Of a stretch of 64,000 bases of DNA, positions 9,994 to 21,392 are shown one piece after another (the first letter of the stretch is position 1; the number at the start of each line of letters is the position of its first letter). The notes under the pieces were generated by a model. The model saw only the letters and a program-made list of their open reading frames with translations, was not told where the DNA came from and made no database searches. A program made the translations under genes and the position numbers. Origin of the DNA: an uncultured Gemmatimonadaceae bacterium (GTDB lineage Bacteria; Gemmatimonadota; Gemmatimonadetes; Gemmatimonadales; Gemmatimonadaceae); NCBI GenBank assembly GCA_963829055.1, contig CAWHHI010000012.1, positions 416,001-480,000 of the forward strand, given 5' to 3'.

Positions 9994-10996
9994 CTACGCC
10001 ACAACCGGGTCGCCACCGCTCCGCAGCGCGTCACGAACAATCCGCGCGCGAGCTTCCATGGCGCGCGCCTGCTTTTGAAACCGCTCGCTCGACCGAACGT
10101 GCTGCCGGTCGTGAGCGCGCTTGGCCAACCGGTGCAGCAGCGCCGCGTTCTCCTCGAGCGCGCGAAGCGCGATCCACAGCGCCTCGTCGAGCGCCTTTCG
10201 ATTGCGCGGCCACGAGCGATTCGGCGCTGTATGCGTGTCCCGTGCGACACCGAAAACGTTCGAGCGTCCCGTCCGGTCGTTCGAATAATACGCCGTGGCA
10301 CTCCGGACAGCTGAATGGCGATGGGACCGCGGTCCATTGTTCGGGGTGAAGATTTCCCGCCTCAATCTCGACCGCGTCGAGCTCATCCGCCCCATCGCTC
10401 CGCGGCTCCGGTTCGTCTGCACTGGATGCCAGGACGTCCACCAACCGCACCAACTCATTCGCGACGGCCGGCACATCGCCCACGAAGTCCACGAGGACGT
10501 TTTCGATCGCGCTCTGCGGCATCCCGGCGAACATGGCGTCGTTCGGATCCTGCACCAGCGCCCTGCCCCCGTGTTCCTTGATCGCCAGCAGACCAGCCGT
10601 GCCGTCGTCGAGGGAACCAGAGAGCACCACCCCCAGCACGCGCCGCCCGTGCGCGCGCGCCGCGGTGCGGAAGAGCGGATCGACGGCGGGACGGTGGCCG
10701 TTCTCGTTAGGGCCTTTCACGACGCGCATGTTGTGGCGCTTCACGAGAAGGTGATGACCCGGCGGTGCGACGTAGATGCGGCCGTGCAGGAGCGGCTCTC
10801 CGTCCACCGCGTGCGTCGCCCTGAGGGCACCTCCTCGCGTGAGGATCTGAGGCAGGCTGCTCGTCGATTCTTCCGGAACGTGGAGCGCAACCGCCATGGC
10901 GGCAGGCAACTCCTGCGGCAACATGCTGACGAGCGCGGTGAGTGAAGACACGCCTCCCGCTGATGCTCCGATGACAATGACGTTGCAGGGTGCCAT
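9994..10996 (-). CDS. cheB: CheB-type methylesterase with C-terminal zinc-ribbon/helical extension (one frameshift near 10200)
   Basis: IGASAGG, HRPAVDPLF, LSGSLDDGTAG, CPECHG..RFRCRTGHAYS, then ALWIALRALEE in the second frame. Confidence 0.9.
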
Positions 10997-11012
10997 GAGC
11001 GCTTCTACCGCC

Positions 11013-11054
11013 AGAAATCGGCCACGAGAAATCGGCCACGAGAAATCGGCCACG
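11013..11054. repeat. 14-bp perfect tandem repeat x3
   Basis: AGAAATCGGCCACG x3, ending about 16 nt upstream of the cheB start codon. Confidence 0.95.
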
Positions 11055-11258
11055 ATTGTGAGTCTCGCCAATCCGGAATTGCCGCTGCGCGCGATCGTCC
11101 TCTTCCGGTCACGGCAAGTGTCTCGCCGTGTGCACACCAGGGCGTCTCGTAGCATCTCTCGATCACCGGTAGTCTTTTGCCGAACAATGACTTGGGCGTG
11201 TGAGTCGGCTGCGGCCCCGGGGATGCTTCAGCGACTCCTGCCGCAGCGAGAGGTGCTC

Positions 11259-12125
11259 ATGCATTCGAAGTCCACTACGGTCCTGCTCCGGTGGGAGACA
11301 GCGCACGCGCGACGGGCGGTGCGCCAATCTCGCGTCGGAACCGCCATGCTCACGATGTTCGTCGCGCTGACCGTGGCCGCGGCGACGGCGAACGCACAAT
11401 CGCGCTACCTGCTCTCGCCGTTCGCTGCTCGCAACGCCTCGCTCGATGGAACGCCGACGCTCGTCGGCGCGGCGGTCACGATGTATGGGGGCTCGCTCGG
11501 TGGAATGGCCGGCCTGCGATTCGGAGGTGCGTACGACGTGCGATCGCTCGCCGGTTCCACGACGACGACCGACACGGAGCGCGCCTGGGGTATGGACGCG
11601 GACGCCGTGCTGTCGCCAGCGAGGTTGCCCGTCATCGGTCCGTTGCTCGGCGGCTTTCTTCCGACGGTCTTCTCCGGGATCGGAGTAGAAGGTGTTCGGC
11701 GCAGTGACGGCACGGGTGGCCAATCCATCGTGACGAGCTACGGCGCTGGTGTAACGAGAACCATCGCGGGTCTGCTATCGATCGATACCGAAGCGCGACG
11801 ACGCATCCCGGTGAGTTGGACGGGTGCGTCGAGCGACGGCTCGCAGGCGAGCGCGATCGCGAATCGGGGGTGGGAGTATCGCCTTGGCATTTCGATCGGC
11901 TTCGGCGGGCAATCGGCGCCGCGACGGGGCCTTGGGAAGGAGGCCATAGGAAGGAGGCCGCAGGACGGAGGGCGGAGGGCGGACGGCGGACGGCGGAGAA
12001 AGGCATGTCATCCCGAGGAGCGCGCAGCGAGCGAAGGGACCTTCTGTGACAGATCTCGTGGCTCGTGTACCGCCACAAGAACGATCGAGAAGATCCCTCG
12101 CTGCGCTTCGCTGCGCTCGGGATGA
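11259..12125 (+). CDS. Exported protein with outer-membrane beta-barrel-like sequence; ORF runs into a repeat element
   Basis: GAGAGGT RBS, signal peptide ending ANAQ, amphipathic strands such as WEYRLGISIGF; the last about 60 aa are translated repeat DNA. Confidence 0.65.
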   Translation: MHSKSTTVLLRWETAHARRAVRQSRVGTAMLTMFVALTVAAATANAQSRYLLSPFAARNASLDGTPTLVGAAVTMYGGSLGGMAGLRFGGAYDVRSLAGSTTTTDTERAWGMDADAVLSPARLPVIGPLLGGFLPTVFSGIGVEGVRRSDGTGGQSIVTSYGAGVTRTIAGLLSIDTEARRRIPVSWTGASSDGSQASAIANRGWEYRLGISIGFGGQSAPRRGLGKEAIGRRPQDGGRRADGGRRRKACHPEERAASEGTFCDRSRGSCTATRTIEKIPRCASLRSG

Positions 12126-12171
12126 CACGCTGCTCCTTCCTCCTCAGGCCTCCTTCCTAAGACCTGGCCTC
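11940..12171. repeat. Nested palindromic element: GTCAT..ATGAC copy 2 (12006-12127) inside an outer IR, with 7-mer tandem repeats
   Basis: TGTCATCCCGAG/CTCGGGATGACA; outer TAGGAAGGAGGCCGCAGGA (11947-11965) vs TCCTCAGGCCTCCTTCCTA (12141-12159); GGCGGA(G/C) heptamers. Confidence 0.85.
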
Positions 12172-12178
12172 GTCGGTC

Positions 12179-15131
12179 TCACGGATTGTACCTGACCCCC
12201 GCGTACACCCCGACGCGATGACGGAACGGGTCATCCCACGAATACGCCGCGCCCGCGCGGATCGCGATCGCCGGAATGGCGAACGCCGGAAAGGCCGGCA
12301 CCGCGTAGTCCGCGTCGACGCCCGCCACCCGCGCCCACCCGGTCATGTTCTCCCGCGTCGTGCCGATCCAGTAGAACGGACGCAGCGGGCCGAACGCGGT
12401 AGACGCACGGAACGTCATCGCGTGCGTACCGAGCGCGAAGCCGACGGGCAGCGCCGGCATCACGATGCGCTGCGACAGAACGGGGGCATCGACCAGCGGT
12501 GTCGTCGAGCCGCCGATCGCGAACCGCTCGAACGCGCCGCCGCCGCCGTCACTGCCGGCAACGATCGCATCGATACGACCGCCGCCGAACGGAGTCGCCA
12601 CGTCGGCGGTGAGTGAGCCGATCGCGCGTGCCCAGCCGAGGCCGTCCGTCGCGCCGCGCGACGCGTGCACGCCTAACGACAGGTCGGTGCGATAGCCGCC
12701 GCGTCGCATGCGCATCGCGCCGCGCGCTTCGCCGAACGCGAGCCCGCGTACCGCACCGTCGACATCCGGCTGGTCCAGCGTCCCGAGGTTCGCGCCGATG
12801 CGCAGTCGGAGTGCCGCGCGCCCGTAGTCGCGCGTCGTCGACGTGCTGATCGTCGCGCCGCTGTACGTCGCGTCGAGCAGCGAGCCAAACGGTGCCCCCT
12901 CGTCGCGAAACGCTCGTTGGGCCGAGGGACGCTGCTCGGCGTGAAACAGCGTGCCGTCGATGCTCATCGATCCGGGGACGATGGCAGGCGTGCCCCGCCA
13001 CGACGCCGTGAGCGACGCACCGCGCCACGTCGAGCGCTCGCCGTACGCGCCGTTGAGCGCATACGCGAATCGTCCCACTGGGTCCAGACCGAGCAACATC
13101 AACGACGCGTAGCCGCCCTCGGGCGAATAGCTGCCACCCGGCAGCACGCGGTGCTGGTGCGGACCGGCTCCGTACGCGCGTGGCGAGCCTGGAGTCGCGC
13201 GCGGGAACGTGTCGACGCGTTCGACTGGAGTGGGCACAGCCGGCGCGAGCGACGTCGGGAGCGCAACGGTCCGGCTCTCACGTCGGTCTCCGAGCGTGAT
13301 GCGACGCAGGTCCAACCCGCGGGCGTGCAGAGTGAGAAAGAAGACCGAGCTGTCGGCGGGATTCGGCGCCGGAGCCATCACCGCGCTGGCGACGCGCGTC
13401 ACGCGTCGTGGACGTCCGGCTGTCAAGGTCGATCGTCTCGACGTTAGGCACGCCGCCGGCATCGGACACGCAGACGAGCGTCCGACCACCCGGCACGAAG
13501 TCCGCGTCGTAGCGGTTCGCGCCGTCGTCCGGATCGACGAAGGTGAGCGTGGCATCGCCGTCCGCAGCGGTGGGCTCGAGCGGCACCATGGCGAGCCGCC
13601 ACCTGCCCTCGCGCTGCACCGAGACCAGAACGGACTGCCCATCCGGCGCGACACGCGGGCGATAGAACGGCGTCGACGGCGTCGCGCGCCGAATGACGAC
13701 GACCGCGCCAGTCACGAGGTCCACACGCACGAGATCGCACAGACCGTTCTCGCATCGGACGCCGACGGCGGTCCGGCCGTCCGCCAGCGGATCGGCATCG
13801 CGCACCGATGCGCCCTTCGTGATGCGGCGCAGCGCACCCCGGCGATAGTTCCATTCGTACAGGTCGGAGCGGTAGGCGCCATCGCCTAACGGCTCATCGT
13901 GCGACACGAGCAGCCGCAGCGAGTCGGCGAAGAAGCGCGGCGACTGGAACGCGCGCCCGGCGGCGGGACGGAGTACCGCGAGCGGCGTTTTCGGCCGCGG
14001 CTCCCCCGGAATCGCAGGCACGTCCTGTGGATCGAGCGCCAGCAGCCGCTCGCGCGCTCGTCGCTCGCGCGTCGTATCGACGCGTTCTACGGTGCGCCAC
14101 ACGACCACCGGACCAGGCAGCGTGCGACTCTCGGCAGTTCGATCGCCATGCGACCTCCCGTCAGCCGACACGGCCGGCTAGCCGGTCGACCAGCGTCGTC
14201 GCTGCACCAGGACACCGGTGTCCAGTCCGGCCGCCGCGAGCGTGTCTCGCACCGCGAGCGCGCGGCGGGTGAGGTCGACCGTGAAGCGACCGTACAACTC
14301 GTCAGGCGGCGCGCCGTACACGCCGGCGAACGCCTGCGCGAACGACCGTGGCTGCCGCGCACTCAGTCGGCGCCAGACGGCGACGAGACTCGAGTCTCCG
14401 CGCTGCGCGACGAGCCACTCGAGGTACGCCGAGCCGACGAGGTACGCCATCGCACCGGCCGCGAAGTCGCCGCCTGACGAGAGCTGCGCGTACGTCGGGA
14501 GCTTTCCTTCGAGCGCCCACTGTCGCAGGTAGGCGGCGCGAGCCGCACCGTGCGGTCGTCCGCTTCCCGTTAGGCGGCCTTCGACGTACGTCGCGTACCC
14601 TTCCACGGCCCAGCGTGGCGTCCGCAGCGGGACCGGCCCGAGGCGCAGCGGCAGCAATCTGCCAGAAGCGCCGCTCGCTTGGGATTGCGCGTCGGCCGCT
14701 CGAGGTGCGCGATGTGCGCGTACTCGTGGACGGCGAGCAACTCCGGCCAGTCGCGATACGTCCCGAGCATCCCGGACGGGTCGGGTGGCGTCGGCCAGAG
14801 CACGATGAGCGGATCCGCGAGCGGCGCGTTCGCGAATCCGTTCGATTGATTGATCGGATCCTCGATGATCAGCGTGATGCGCCGGCGCGGCGAATATCCC
14901 ACCATCGCCGATACGGCATCGTGCGACGCCATCGAGCCGCGTCGTGAGCTCCCGCGTCCACTCCGTCATCGACGACGGGTAGTGCACCTCGAAGTACCGC
15001 GTGCGTACCGTCATCCAGTCGAGCGCCGGCCGCGCGACGTTGGACTGCGCACCGAGTGAAGCCGACAGCGCAGAGCGACGCGGCAACCGCGACGCGAGCG
15101 AGCATGGCGCGTGCGCGACTTGCCGACGCAC
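12179..15131 (-). CDS. Large exported protein: zincin peptidase-like domain + TolB/PD40-like propeller + C-terminal beta-barrel (several frameshifts)
   Basis: WMTVRTRYFEVHY, HEYAH, PRWAVEGYATYVE, AYLVGSAYLEWL, PRVAPDG, terminal VGVYAGVRYNP. Confidence 0.75.
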
Positions 15132-15140
15132 GCTGATCGT

Positions 15141-16008
15141 CTACTCGCTCTTCCAGGTCGCCGCCAGGAACGGCGTCGTCGTCGGCTGCGGCGAGCCGCC
15201 GGTCGGCTCGTCCGTCACAGCGGTGACCGCAATGCGAAGTCCCGGCCGGCAGCGCCAACGACGCGAGCGCGCGGCCGCTCGAGTCGGTGTTGAACGTGCC
15301 GAGGCTCACCGGCGGACGGCCGGTCTCGATTCCCCACAGCTGGTACGTGCGGCCCGCGCGCCGCCGGCGGCAGCGAGCTCGCGGCGATGACGATCCGGCC
15401 TGCCACGTCGGTCGAGGAAATACCGCGCCGACGGACTGCGGGCCCGTACCGCTGACATTCACGGCCTGCACGTCGGGCGCACACGAGCGATGGCGATGAG
15501 CGAGTCGCGACGCGCGAGCGTCGCACCCGTCGAATCCATCGTGAGTCGCGCGCTCGCCAGTGCCTGCTCGGCGGCCAGCGCGCGCGTCGCGCTCACCGCG
15601 ATAGCGCTGGCCGAGTACGACGGCGATGACGATGGCCGCGGCGGCAGCAAGCCAGGGCAGCGATCGTGCGCGCCGAGGCTCGCCGATGCACGCGACTCGC
15701 CAGCGCGCGGTCGCGCCGGGCGGTTCGGGAGCCGGCGCAGTGGCGTCGCGAGTCGCGGACTGCGCGACGCTCGAGATCGGACGCACGGCCCGCGCGTCGG
15801 CGAGAATGCGATCGCGCAGCGCCGGGCGGAGGAGCGACCTGCTTGATGCCCTGGCCGATCAGCCCGGCGACGTCGCTGCAGCTCACGGACCTCCGCGGCA
15901 CAGACGTCGCACGACGCGAGGTGCGCCTCGAACGACACGCGCTCGTTTTCGTCGAGCGCGCCGAGCGCGTACGGGGCCGCGTGCTCGAGCCAGGACGTGG
16001 GACGTCAT
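15141..16008 (-). CDS. Anti-sigma factor, RskA-like with zinc-binding motif (frameshifted)
   Basis: [18 protein letters not shown] (HxxxCxxC), [42 protein letters not shown]. Confidence 0.85.
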
Positions 16009-16609
16009 GCGCCGGCCTCGAGCACGGGACGCAGCGCCTGCCGCAGTTTCTCCATCGCCGGCGCGCATTCGCGTCTTCACGGTCCCGAGCGGCTCGGACA
16101 GCTGCGCCGCGATCTCGCTCTGCGAGAGCCCACCGAAGTACGCGAGCTCGATGACCCGCCGTTGCGGCAGCCGGCAGCTCCGCGAGCGACCGCCGCACGA
16201 TCGCGCTCGTCTCCGACAGCTCCGCGCCGCGGTCCGCTGACTCGACCGTCGGCGCGAGCACGAGCGTCTCGCCTTCGTCGGTCACGACCGCCGCTTCCTC
16301 GAGCACGCGCGCTCGTCGTTTCCGCGACCGGACGAGGTCGAGTGCGCGCGTTCGCACGATCGTCGCGACCCACGCGGCGACGCTGCCTCGCGCAGGGTCG
16401 AAGCCGGATGCCGAGCGCCATATCTGGGCGAACGCGTCGGCAACGACCTCCTCGGCGTCGGCGTGCTCGCCGACGATGGCGCAGGCGAGCGAGAATGCCA
16501 TGCCCCCGTACCGATCGTACAGGTCGCCGAGGGCACGCTCGTCACCGCTAGCGGCCAGCGCAACGAGCGCAGAGTCAGGGGATTGGACCCCTGCCGGGTG
16601 AGTCGGCAT
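16005..16609 (-). CDS. ECF sigma-70 factor (SigK-like)
   Basis: [68 protein letters not shown] overlap with the anti-sigma gene. Confidence 0.9.
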
Positions 16610-16869
16610 AACCTCCGAGAAGTGGCACGCGGCCGGAACCGCGCTCAAATTGCTCCGCGGAACGTCGGCGCACCGGGCATGCGTCCGAATGGATGTCGAG
16701 CAGCATGAGCATCGGCATCTGGCATGGATCGCAGCGGCTCGGTCGGCAGACAGCGAGCTCCGGATGTCGACGATCGGCCGAACCCCGGATACGTCCCCTG
16801 GCGATCGCACGCGATGAGCCGATGCAAAGCCGATCGGTGGTTCGCAGTCCGCGCGATCGTGCCCACCGG

Positions 16870-19800
16870 CCGCCGGATCTGCGCGATGGCCTGGTCGCGT
16901 CCAGCGCCTCGCGCACCTGCGTCGTGGCGAGCGTCTCGGACGGTGAAGTGGCTTCGCCGAGAACGCCTGCGGCCGAGGTCGCCGCCCGACGCCGGCCAGC
17001 TCGCCGTCGTCGTTGTAGCCCGGACATGAACAGGATCGGCAGCCCCGGACGAGCTGCCGCCGAGCGCGCGCGACAGCTCGCGGCCACCCATGCCCGGCAT
17101 GATCACGTCGCTCAGCACGAGGTCGATCGCGTCGCCGCGCTGGGCGCAGACCCGGAGCGCCTCGTTGCCGTCGCGGGCCTCGACGAATCGCGTAGCCCTG
17201 CGCCTCGAGCACGCGCCTGACGATCAGTCGGACCGCGTCCTCGTCCTCGACCACGAGCACCGTCTCCGTGCCCGCGCGGCAGCGCGTGTGCCGATCGGCG
17301 TGCTCGCCTTCGCGCGGGACCGTCGCCGACACCTGCGGCAGGATGATGTCGAACGTCGTCCCGCGGCCCGGCGCGCTTCGCACGTCGATGTGCCCGCCGC
17401 TCTGACGCACGATGCCGTACACCGTCGACAGGCCGAGGCCGGTGCCCTTCCCCTTGGCCTTGGTCGTGAAGAACGGCTCGAAGATGCGCTGCTGCGTCTG
17501 CGCATCCATGCCGACGCCGGTGTCGCGCACGGAGAACACGACGTGCCTGCCCGGGTTCACGCCGGCGTGGCGACGCGCGTACGCGGCGTCGAGCTGCACG
17601 ACGCGCGTCGAGATCGCGAGCACACCGCCGTTCGGCATCGCGTCGCGCGCGTTCACGACGAGGTTCATCACGACCTGCTCGATCTGGCCACGATCGGCGC
17701 GCACGGCGCCAATGCTGTTCTCGAACTGCGTCACGAGCGCGATGTCCTCGCTGATCACGCGGCGGAGCAGGCGCTCCATGTCGCCGATGACGTCGTTCAG
17801 ATCGAGCACCTGCGGCTGCAGCACCTGACGACGCGAGAACGCGAGCAGCTGTCGCGTCAGCGACGCCGCACGCGCCGCCGCCTGCGTGATCTGATGCGCG
17901 TCCGACCGCCGCGGATCCTGCTCGGGAAGCGCGTTGAGCAGGAACTGACCGTAGCTCGTGATGACCGTGAGCAGGTTGTTGAAGTCGTGCGCGACGCCGC
18001 CGGCGAGCTGGCCGACGGCGTCCATCTTCTGCGCCTGACGCAGCTGCTCCTCCATCATCTTCCGCTCGGTGACGTCGGCCATGACCCACACGGTCCCGAG
18101 CACGCCGCCAATGCCACGCAGCACTGCCGTCGAGACGTAGACATCCACGAGCGTGCCGTCCTTCCGCGCGCAGCGCGTCTCGTAGCCGGTGAACGAGTGC
18201 TCGCCCGTCGCCGAGAGTCGTCGCATGTCGTCCTCGAGCTGCTCGACCGGAAGGATCGGGATCGGGCGCCCGAGCACGTCGCCGGCGAACCATCCGAACA
18301 TGCGCTCGGCGGCGACGTTCCATTCGCTCACCGTGCCGTTGATGTCCGTCGTGACGATGGCGAGCGGCGACGCCTGGATGAGCGTCTGCAGCGTGTCGTT
18401 CGTCTCGCGCAGCTCACGCTCGGCGCGGTGGCGCTCCGTGACGTCGTGCGCCAGCGTTAGGCGTGCCGGCCGGTCGAGCACCGACAGCGCGTGCGTCACG
18501 ACCTCGACCGAGATGATGCGGCCGTCCTTCGTGCGATGCTGCCATACGCCACCGTCGAACTCCGGCGAATCCGGCGCGCGCGCCGCGGCGAGCAGCTTCG
18601 GGACTTCCTCAGCCGGGCGGATGTCGGTGATCCGCATGCCGAGGAATTCGGCGCGCGAGTAGCCATAGTGCTTCACGGCCGCATCGTTCACCGCGACGAA
18701 CGCGAGCGTCTCGATGTCGTAGACCCACATCGGCAACGGGTTCGCGTCGAACAGGAGCCGGTACCACTCCTCCGACGCGCGCAGCCGCTCTTCCGCGCGC
18801 TTCTGCTCGGTGATGTCGCGCGCGACGGCGTACACGTGGCCCTGCTCCTTGCCCGACGACTGGATCGTCCAGCCGAGCCACTTGTAGCTGCCGTCCTTGC
18901 AGCGGAGGCGGTTCTCGTATCGCTGCGAGGCGTCGCCTGACGCGAGCGAGCCGCAGCGCCATCGATGGCGACCGGCGCGGTCGTCCGGATGAATCGAGCT
19001 CGAGCACCGGCATCGCCAGCAGCTCGTCCGGCTCGTAGCCGAGCACCGCGCAGAACGCCGGGTTCACGCGAATGAACTGCCCGCGTGAACGACGCGATGC
19101 AGAACATGTCGGCGGAGAGCGAGAAGAACCGATCTCGTTCGCGCTCGGCGGCCCGACGCTCGGTGAGGTTGAGCATCGAGCCGATCATGCGGCGCGGCGC
19201 GCCGTTCGCGTCCCGAAGCACGTAGCCGCGGTCGAGCATCTCGGCGTACGTGCCGTCGCCGCAGCGGAAGCGATACTCGGCGGTCCAGATCTGCGTGTCG
19301 GAGTCGAGCGCGTCGGTGAGGCTGCGCGAGCGTCGCGTCGCGATCGTCCGGGTGGATGCGATCCGACCACCACTCGATGCTCGCGGCCGAGAGCTCGTCC
19401 GTCGGCGCGCGGAACGCGAGGCTCGCGCCTTCGCTCCACTGCGACGGCGCTCGTGCGAATGTCCCAATCCCAGATGACGTCGTTCGTCGCGCGCGCGGCG
19501 AGTCGGTGACGCTCTTCGCTCGCCGCGAGTGCAACGGTTCGCGTCTGCGAGCGTCGCCGCCATGTGGTTGAACGACGCCGCGAGCGTTCCGACCTCGCCG
19601 GGCGCGCGCACGTCGGTGCGCGCCCCGAGGTCGCCGGACCCGAACCGCGCGGCGTCGGCGGTCAGCTTGCGCAGCGGATCGGCAATCCGCGGCGCCACGA
19701 GCGCCGCGAGGAACAGCGCGCCGCCGAGGCCCAGCGCGCCGAACAGCGCGAGGAATCGCCACTCGGGCTCATTGGCGAGCGGAGAATCGTCGGCTCGACT

Positions 19801-20640
19801 CGGCCGACGACGACGAGCCACGGCGCCGCCGTGACGCGTTGGTACGCGTACTCGTCGCCGAGGCTGCGCATCGGCCGAATCGACGAACCCGGAGTCGGCC
19901 TCGTCGCATGCGTTGGACAGCCGTCCGGCGTCGACGAGTCGCGTGCCGACCGGAATCGGCGTGCCGCCGACTCGGGCGAGCACGGTCCCGTCATCGTCGA
20001 GGAGCGTGATGATGCTGCCGGATCGTCCGGCGTCGCCGACCGCGAGGAATCGCGCGAGGCTGTCGAGTCGCGCGGATACGGACGCGACGCCGGCGATGCG
20101 CCACCGTCATGTCGGATGCGCCGCGCCATCGTTAGGCTCCAGCCGCCGCTCTCGCGACTCTCGATCGGGCGACCGACCGTCAGGTGAGTCGCCGCGAGCG
20201 CCTCGCGGAAGAACCGGTGCGCGGCGACTTCCATCTTGCGCGCCCTCGCCGGGTCCGGTCGGACGAGCCAATGTTGTGGCCGTCGTTGCCCCAGAGCGCG
20301 AGGTTCGTGAACGTAGGACGGAAGCTCCGACCGCAGCCGGCGCAGCATCGCGTCGTTCCTTGCGATCGACGCCGGTGTCCGTGGACGCCGCCTGCGGCGA
20401 TCGCGACCAGCAGCCCCTCGATGGTCCCGAGCTGGTCGTCGACGCGCGCGCCGACCTGAGCGGCCAGGTCCCGTGAGCCTGGCGCGCGTGTCACGGTCGT
20501 GATCGCGCTCGATAACTCGCGTACGTGGTCGCGAAGAGCGCGATCCACGGCAGCAGCATCGCCAGCACCAGCAGCACCAGGCGCTCGCGGATCCCGAGCG
20601 CCGCCAGTCGCGCGCGCAATTGCGCCGCAATTCGTGTCAC
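16870..20640 (-). CDS. Hybrid sensor histidine kinase: TM/periplasmic sensor, HAMP, multiple PAS, HisKA, HATPase, receiver (frameshifted; ends approximate)
   Basis: PLRKL..GEVGTLAASFNHM, several PAS/PAC segments, GVAHDFNNLL, QVVMNLVVNARDAMP, FEPFFTTK..GTGLGL, VLVVEDE, SDVIMPGM, LFMSG. Confidence 0.9.
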
Positions 20641-20802
20641 GAGTGGCGCACCCTCCCCGCTACAGATGGAACACACGCCGGCCAGCACGACCAGAGGCGG
20701 AGACATGACAGAGGGTGACGGCACAGTGCGCGTAAACGTAACCCGCGGCCGGCGGCATCCCACAGTCACCGCACGTTCGACCGACTCTGAGGAGAGATCT
20801 GC

Positions 20803-21316
20803 ATGACCGCTTCACCCTTCGCGCACTCGTGCCTTCGTCGCCGCCGCCTCGTTCGCGCTCGTCGCCGCCGCCCCCTCATTCGGGCCGCCGTGGATCTCGA
20901 TCGAGACACCACCCAACCCGTTGATCCGACGTCGCGCGGCGCCTTTCTCGTCGTCCACACGTTTCACCACCGCGAGGCATCGTCGCGTCGGGCGTGACCG
21001 GCACCGCCGAAGGCATCGTCTCCGGCGCGCGGCGCAGCATTCCGCTGGCGTTCGATACGACCTCGCGACGCGGCACCTACGCCCTGCGGAAACAGTGGCC
21101 GACCGATGGGACGTGGATGCTCGTGATCAACACCGGCGGCCAGGCCCAGGGCGTGACCGCGCTCGTGGACATTTCGTCCGCAGGGCGACGTCGCGCGCGT
21201 GCGCGTGCCGACCGACGATCGCGATGGCTGGGATCTTGCCGCGCAGGTGACCGCGCGAGACATCGACGCGGCACTCGCAGGCGCGAACATGACAGGGCGT
21301 GAGCGCCCAGAGGTAA
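20803..21316 (+). CDS. Hypothetical exported protein (frameshifted)
   Basis: GAGGAG RBS; coherent protein across frames: GPPWISIETPPNP..GAFLVVH..TGTAEGIVSGARRSIPL..YALRKQWP. Confidence 0.6.
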
Positions 21317-21392
21317 CGCGGTCGTCCGAAGCGGCACGGCACGGCGCCACAATTGCAAGAGTGCGCGGGAGCGAAAGACGGCACCGGGAGCG

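Noticed and set aside
5205..10996. Chemotaxis operon
   Set aside because: No MCP, CheA, CheW or CheY, and the CheBs lack receiver domains
15593..18835. 1080-aa ORF appearing to fuse a histidine kinase to an ECF sigma factor
   Set aside because: After the kinase the frame turns to nonsense because the receiver domain is in other frames; the sigma gene has its own GGAGG RBS and ATG at 16609. Indel artefact
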